Shown here in pieces: positions 53,091 through 64,000 of a stretch of 64,000 bases of DNA. Source of the DNA: Chlorokybus atmophyticus. Lineage: Eukaryota; Plantae; Mesostigma and Chlorokybus algae. Below the pieces are notes generated by a model. The model had not been told where the DNA came from. It searched no databases and saw nothing but the letters and a program-made list of their open reading frames with translations. The stretch is from NCBI GenBank assembly GCA_009103225.1, contig RHPI01002069.1, positions 298,453 through 362,452 on the forward strand, written 5' to 3'. The position numbers and the translations under genes were made by a program. Each line of letters begins with the position of its first letter. Position 1 is the first letter of the stretch.

Positions 53091-55399
53091 TACTGCATGC
53101 AATACAGTTTGAATAACATGAGAATAGAGATAAGAACACCAATATGCAGTACAGTAAAGCTGCGCCCTTGCATACACACATACAGGCACAGCAAAAGTAA
53201 CGCACACACGCACCGCTCAGAACGCAAAAGAGACACACAAGAACAGTCACAACTATAGTATGAACGCACATACGCGCACACGTACAGAACGTAGAGCAGA
53301 CAATAAGCAGAGCACAGCGCCGACAATACACACGCGCAGCACAGACGAACTCATACGCAGCAACCCAAACAGTGACTCAGGGACTGGCTAAGGGGGGGGC
53401 TTTCGATGTTGAATGCAACCAGCAGCAGCAGCAGGGAGGCAGGCAGGCAGCGTCAAACACAATGCCAGTAGCGGCCTGTGTTCCTCACCTTTCGTAGCAG
53501 AGGAGAGCAGAGCGGAAGGGACCGTTAGAATTTGATGTGTAGGGTTCCGGCAGCAGCAGTGACGCTGGCATGCACAACGACGCCGCCGTCGACTGCCACG
53601 ACCTACAGTCCTTCCCCCCCGTCATCTGCTACTTCTTCTGCTGTTGCCATGGTTGATCGCCGTGTAAGGGTTTGCAAGTTATCATTAGTGCGTTGAGACA
53701 CATGCAACTCAAGGGAGTGCGGGATTTCTATGGAAACCACTGCATGGTGCAGCACTGGCATCCCCCACTTGCATGTCAATAATAGAGGTGGGACATTACC
53801 AAACACTCATGACAGCGTAGGTTGGACTATGCAAGTGTCGGTACCGGTAGTTGCCACACATGCAATGCCTACAATCATAGCAGCCCGTCTGACTCAATAG
53901 CGGATAGAAACTGCTCCCCACTCCTCACATACACATACTCTCATGCGGTCATGGTGTTGCTACTTTTTGCGTGCTTGTTGCTTCTCACCGCAGTGCCATT
54001 ATAAAGTATATACGTCGCACTATAAAAGCTGCAAATGCAAGTGCAGTGCAATGCCATCGCACAAACTCGCACCATCAAGGTAGCTCCAGCTCGTGATATG
54101 CTATGCGTACCAATCATACACTCGGTACTTTGCTACGAATTACCGTGCTTATAACTACATTACACCCACACCTACACAACATATGACCCCAATGCTTTTC
54201 AATTAAAGGACTGTGCTACAACCAATAAAATGCCGTATGGCAACACAAACACTGTCAAGTGTAGATGCCCGCGTTTTCATTCAATGTTGCAAACTATTTT
54301 GCTTTGTGTGATTCCTTAGCACAAGACTTAAATTGTACCGGCGAATCACTTGATTGCATGCGTGCGCTGGGGCCTGAACAAGGCCCCCCACCCCTCCCCT
54401 TGAGGGAAAGGGGAGGGGGGTGGGGGCGCTGCCGGTAGTCACAACAGTGTTTGCTTGCTTCAAGCAGTGTGTCGATACATGGCAAACGCCGCTGACAACC
54501 AGGCGTCCACGTCAGCTATTACATGCAGTCTACGGTCATGTCTTGGGGTATACCCTAAGGGTATACCCTAATCGCTACATAAGCTGGGGTTATTGCTGAT
54601 GTAAACCCATGTATATTCATGACGTCATTCATTAACAGTGATTGCTGATGTGCTTGCTTCATGCTGAGTGGTTGCACTGCCTCCTACGATGCGGGAATAG
54701 CAGCACCAGGTGACTCACATGCTAGTTGAGCGCGCTCCTTCTGTGCATGCGTTGTGAGGCTGTGTGCGTGTCCGTGTCCGTGTGTGTGTGTGTGATCATA
54801 TATCCGTAGCCTCATCCCTCCTTGTGGTCTATTTATCTTGTTTACCAAGCATAATGCCGTGTTGTAACACCATTCAATGATAATGCAAACACCCTGCAGC
54901 TTAGTGGTGTGATAATATATGTTGCCACACGTGTGTGTACATGTGTACACACATGTGTACATAGCTGTAGTGCATACATGCATATGCTTGCCTGACCGTT
55001 CTATGTTGTATGTGTTCATGATACGCGTGTGTGCCTGTATGACGAAGTGTAACATCGGCGCCTTAACCACTAGGCCATGGCAGCGACTTTTGCTGCCATC
55101 ATGGTCATGGCTATGAATGGAGGAGCCACACACCAATAACCATGTCCCAAAACCATGTTATGACATTCCTCTTAACTCATTACCCATGGGAATCGTCGTG
55201 CACGACCGCTATACACGACGACTTACCCATGTCACCTATCGGACTCGCCGCGACCTGCCCGCTCAATGTCTGATGATAACGAAACAAGGGACTCTAACAA
55301 CTCTGAATCGCATGTGGTTAAAGCTACTTGATACCTCTGCTCAAGACTTGCTCAACACCTAGTCCCTACACCAGACCACATGCGATTGGAAGTAAGCAG

Positions 55400-59465
<4,066 letters not shown>

Positions 59466-59599
59466 ATATGTAACAAATATATACGACGACGCGTATTGTA
59501 TGCTATGATATGGCGGACATTACGTTGCGGCGTGACTGAAAATATTCCTTGTCATAAAAATTCCGTACGGCACGTGATTTCACGGCAGTGACAGCAAGA

Positions 59600-60270
59600 G
59601 CACCAACAAGAGCATTTAAATGGTTTGTTCAGTGGAATCGCATATGCTTCAACCCTCTCAACCAGCGTGTCACCTGTCGCCAAAGAAGATCTGTTGCCAA
59701 GGCCTCTTACGGCTTTAAGGGCCACTTTGAGGGGAAAGCATTCGAATCGGCTATCAAGGCTAATCCAGCGGCCTACCTGCCCGCAGAGTTCCGCAACATC
59801 TTGAAGGTGGAGACCCTTACCGATCTCAAGGCGAGAATTGAAGAGGAGCTTGCGGCAGAAAAACAAGGAAGAAGCGTACTCTGACGTCAGCAGAGGCAGA
59901 AGACGCTGCATTGATTGATACCCTCATTAAGATATGCGTGAGTCTGGACGCTAAGCAGATTCGTTTCCGCAGGCTCGGCCACAACAATGTAGTTGTACGC
60001 ATGTTTAGCTTGTTTTTGAAATGTCGCAGACATTATTTGCGGATGATGTTAAATGTGCTGCCGTTGACGTGACGTATTTACAAAGGTCCCACCATATGAT
60101 ACTGCAGTGTTGGCAGTAGCTATTGGTGAGAACAAAACGGACCCTCCTACAACTAACTTGAAGCACAGAGCAGCTGAAACCAATGTTGTGGTACTTACCA
60201 ATGCACATTTGCGTACACGCATTTGGCCGGAAGACGCTTACTCTGAGCATGATGTACTTATGATGTGACA
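59600..60270 (+). pseudogene. Unknown-family protein, copy C (several frameshifts)
   Basis: KWFVQWN...FEGKAFESAIKANPAAYLPAEFRNILKVE / LTSAEAEDAALIDTLIKICV...KQIRF / FEMSQTL / PPYDTAVLAVAIGE...NVVVLTNAHLRTRIWPE. Confidence 0.7.
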
Positions 60271-61781
60271 AAAGTAGAAGACATATGATTAGCTCGTAGC
60301 TCTCTGGACGATGCAATGTGTGTGTGGGGGGGAAAGAACTCGTGTCTAGGTCTTTCATAATGATTGTTGCCGCTTTCACGTGGATGCACACATATGCATG
60401 TACCTGCGCACACATACCAGCGCATGTACTTAGATGTGAACTGCAAGCGTGGCACGTTTGTAGTGCATGTATATGCATGCGCGCACGCGCACATGCATTC
60501 GCGCAGTGCGTGTGCGGTACAGCATTTGGTGCTAGCACACTGCCACACCACGTATAGAACCACTGCAGTGTCCACCCACCGTTGTACATGGATTGTGGTT
60601 GACGATGTGCCTGTTGATCTACAGCTTTTTTGATGTGGGCATGCGGTTATCTATCTGCAGGCATATGTGTATGCTGCTGGACAAGATGAGAACGCCAGCT
60701 GCCTAGAAGAATCCCTAGAAACCGCAACATTTGTAGACGTGTTCCATCTGATACTACAGACCCCGTTATGCACCTCCGTGAAAAACACCCAGCTTCTATG
60801 CAAGTGAACTTGCTTTCAGACAAGTTATGTACGGCCGCCGGCGAAAATGTCCCTTGCCAAGTGCTGCGGGAACTCATAGCCGGGGAACAAAGCGCGCTTC
60901 GTTTGCAGAAAGTCGCCGTAGAAGCAGCTGAGGCCGGCGAGCCCCGTGTACAATGAGTACGGGGTGTTGGACTGCCACAGCTCCTCGTGCCCCATTACCA
61001 GTTGAAAACTCTGCATATTGCAAACATATATGAATTGGATATGTGCGAGATCCAAGTACTTCTCCTCCTATACAAGCAGCAGTGCATGCCTGAAGTCCGC
61101 CGCACACATGTGAGTGAGATTTGAGGGAATGCTGTTGCGCACAAACATGCACACGCGCAGACACCCGCGCACGCCCACACACTTGCCCACGCACGCGCAC
61201 ACGTGTGCCGAAACAAGTATATTGGTCCACCGATGGCACTTGCACGGAATCGTTGCAGACAAGTCAAGTAAGCGAAGCAAGAACAATGATTTCAACGCAT
61301 GTTACTCACCACAACAAAGTTATTATGGTGGATGATCTCAACACTGTACCCCGATGTCTGCCATTGTGGTAACAGCGGGCATACTTGATGCGCCTTTCAG
61401 CAACACAAACACAGCACCAGGCAACCCTCGGCACCACTGTACAAGCTCACCACGCGAGCGCCCCGCTGCACATCAAACAATGTGTACAATTTCAGGCTAC
61501 CATCCGAGCTCAAGGCTTTGTGTGTGACCAACTTGAATCAGCTCGCAAAGGTGCGTCAACCGCAGTAGACCATCATCATGATGCTAGACTGCAAGTAGGC
61601 ATGATGCCTACTTGCAGTCTAGCAAGAGCGTTTGCAAAAGAGTACTGGGCTAAACAGCGTTGGTAGTATGTTGCTGCTACATCTGTTTCAATCGTTTGTA
61701 TGGGTAGCTAACTTACCGGTGCTGCGAATGCCCTTCGCAGAGAGCTATTTGTTCCACCTACAGACGCACATACCTCCATTG

Positions 61782-62447
61782 TGTAACAGTCAAGGCCAAA
61801 TTTCGTAATTTTCATGGCCATTTTAAGCCTTATTTGTGAGGTATCATGTTGTTCAGGACTTGTGGCGGATATCGGCGAGTTGCGAGTCTGCCGCAGATAT
61901 CGACCGGCCCAGGGCCAGTCTGGAAGATGCCAGAAAACGGAGGGCCAGTCGAGAAGGGCTCGACCAGATTTCTGGAAGGGCCTGGCGCCAAGTAGTATAA
62001 CTTGACCATATGAGCAGCAAATGAGGAGATCTTTGGTGCGTCGGAAAGGTCTAGAAGTGTACTACAAGATTCTGCAAGATTATCTTAGCTTCTAGTTTCG
62101 TCTAGCGCTAGAATCGTTTACAGTAGCATGTGCAGATTGGTAGGTATAAAAGTGACAGTCTACAATTTGTAATACAACCTTTAGCTCCCTGGTTTCCGGT
62201 GTGCAAGCTTGATGATGATTAACAGGTTGCTAGCGTGTGTCCACTGGTGTGTGCTTGCTTGTGTGACAATCCAAGGCGCTACACAAGTCGGTGTGTAGCT
62301 TGGAGCGCATGCGCGTGCGTACGCGAGTGGCGGGGCGCGCGTGTGTGCTTGGCAGATGGGGCAAGGTTCCGGTGTAAATACCGTGTCTTGGTGAGAGGGT
62401 TGTTCATCGGACCAACTCACAGGTGACAAGGCACGAGCACCGTCACA
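61782..62447 (+). mobile_element. 5' LTR (666 bp) of a second Ty3/gypsy element
   Basis: Begins TGTAAC and ends GTCACA, has a TATAAAA near 62143, and is followed by a PBS and gag. Confidence 0.75.
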
Positions 62448-62449
62448 AC

Positions 62450-62461
62450 TGGTATCGGAGC
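62450..62461 (+). promoter_or_regulatory. Primer-binding site complementary to the tRNA-iMet 3' end
   Basis: TGGTATCGGAGC versus canonical TGGTATCAGAGC, 2 nt after the LTR end. Confidence 0.8.
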
Positions 62462-62545
62462 TACGGTTGCGGAGGTGCGAGTGTGGTAGCGTTTTTAGGG
62501 ACGAGGCTGCATTTACACTCTACTTGTGAAGGAAAGGAGGTAAAG

Positions 62546-62832
62546 ATGGAGAATGTCCTTGTTGAGGAGCTTCAAAAGGCAGTCTTGGCACTGCGAGAAG
62601 AGCTTCATTACATGCAAGCGGCGGCACAAGCACAACGCGAGGCGTACGAGCGTGCCATGGCGCATGCACGAGTTTCCACGGCGTCAAGCTCGCGCGTGCA
62701 TGTGAAGGTGCCAAAGCCAAAGCCATTCAAGGGTCAACGTGATAGAGATGTTGTGGACGAGTGGGTCTTCCAAGTGTCATCATGGTTAAAGCTCATGGAG
62801 GTACCCGCACACTTACATGTGGAGGTTGCCGC
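62546..62832 (+). mobile_element. gypsy gag (N-terminal part), interrupted at 62833
   Basis: MENVLVEELQKAV...KVPKPKPFKGQRDRDVVDEWVFQVSSWL matches the retrotransposon gag P..F.G.R....V..W motif. Confidence 0.8.
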
Positions 62833-63177
62833 TGTAACGGGAAGGTACATTAAATCACCACAAATCGACCATAAAAGCACCAAGTCTTTTGTGGTCGAGT
62901 GGGCTGTGACATTGGTCATCGGAGCTTGAGACCCGGGTTCGATACCTGCCTTGCACACGAATTCCGCGGTCGTTGTTTCTCGATCCAATAACATCGTAAA
63001 TGGTCACTTTATGAGTGCCATCATCGATGGGTCGCGACTTGCCTAATGGCAGTCGCGCCGAACTGACCAGTTCAGTCGGCGCGGCAGGGCGCGACCTGCC
63101 TACCGCGGCGACGCGACCTGTGGGGCCGGCAGCGGCGCGCTGTGCGCGCGCTGACCGGTATGGGCCTAAACAGTTCG
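62833..63177 (+). mobile_element. Nested LTR-like insertion containing a tRNA-derived head (A box 62892-62902, B box 62936-62946)
   Basis: Starts TGTAACGG inside gag. TGGTCGAGTGG and GGTTCGATACC with intact D-stem and T-stem but unpaired acceptor stem. Homologous to 16126-16615. Ends at an N (63178). Confidence 0.7.
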
Positions 63178-63179
63178 NA

Positions 63180-64000
63180 ATTGACACCGGTGCAACACAC
63201 AACTTCGTTGAGGAACAATGGGTTGTGCGCAACAAGATAGCGTGTAAACCCTCAGCATTTTCAGCTGCCGGTGCGGGGGGTGCGTTGCCAGTAAAAGGGG
63301 AAATAAAAATGAAAGTAAAGATTGGTAATTATCATGCCACTCTTACTTTCATAGTGGTATCCATCGACATATTAGGTGTTGATGTGGTATTAGGACAGGA
63401 ATGGCAGGAAAATGTCAAAATGACATTGGATACAGGCGCACGTTTGTGCACGGTAAAGAAAGGTCGTAAGCGTGTAACATTGTCTGTGAAAGGGTCACAT
63501 AGCTTGGACCACAAGCAGCCCGACCCTGCGCTACTCACTGCACTGCAAGTGAAACGTGCGTTACGCAAAAACACACCGGCTTTTCTGGTACACTTAACGT
63601 CGTCGGACGACTTTGTGCCGGGAAACACAGAAGGTGTTGCAGACATCATTGAGAAGTATCAAGATGTGTTCTCAGATGAATTGCCAGGCTTACCTCCTGA
63701 TCGAGCTGTCGGACACACAATACCACTAATTCCTGACAGTGAACCTCCGTTTCGGCCTATATATAGGCTGAGCCCCCGAGAGAGGGGGGAAATGGAAACT
63801 CAAATCAAAGAGTTATTGGAAAAGGGATTGATTGAACCGAGTTCTTCACCCTTTGGCGCGCCCATCTTGTTTGTGATGAAAAAGAATGGAAAGCTGCGCA
63901 TGTGTGTGGATTACCGTGCTTTGAACAAGATCACGGTAAAGAATCGATACCCGTTGCCCCGGATTGATGATGTGTTTGATAAACTGTCGGGAAATGCGTA
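63180..64000 (+). mobile_element. Ty3/gypsy pol: aspartic protease and start of RT, open to the window end
   Basis: Uninterrupted frame IDTGATHNF...DVVLGQEW...[16 protein letters not shown]...[45 protein letters not shown]. Confidence 0.93.

Noticed and set aside
62885-62956. Functional tRNA gene (Arg-TCG-like)
   Set aside because: Acceptor and anticodon stems do not pair, position 33 is not U, there is no terminator, and it is embedded in a repeat. Treated as a tRNA-derived promoter.

Overview
Eukaryotic nuclear DNA, most consistent with a green alga of the streptophyte lineage (inference from GT-AG intron-rich genes, plant-type gene families, plastid transit peptides, telo-boxes and a plant-type mitochondrial rpl2 insertion). 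The left ~37 kb is gene-dense with ten spliced genes: a C2-domain inositol polyphosphate 5-phosphatase (runs off the left edge), a plastid-targeted NTF2/SnoaL-like + DJ-1/PfpI fusion, SDHAF2, NIP7, two head-to-head paralogous small membrane/coiled-coil proteins, FolD, an NRAMP transporter, a FYVE-less FAB1/PIKfyve kinase and HCF136. Most of these are in divergent pairs. A decayed Penelope-like RT and LTR fragments lie at 15.6-16.6 kb. The right ~27 kb is repeat- and pseudogene-rich. It holds several long palindromes, three decayed paralogs of an unrecognised protein family, a mitochondrial rpl2 insertion, a decayed Ty3/gypsy element carrying a cytosine-methyltransferase-like fragment and a PHD finger, and a second gypsy element whose gag is interrupted by an LTR-like sequence. 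That LTR-like sequence contains a tRNA-derived Pol III promoter (A and B boxes) and is homologous to the fragments at 16.1-16.6 kb; this is the most novel-looking signal. All gene models were spliced and translated by eye, and no database searches were run. Long poly-G/poly-C tracts and N-runs are probably assembly artefacts.
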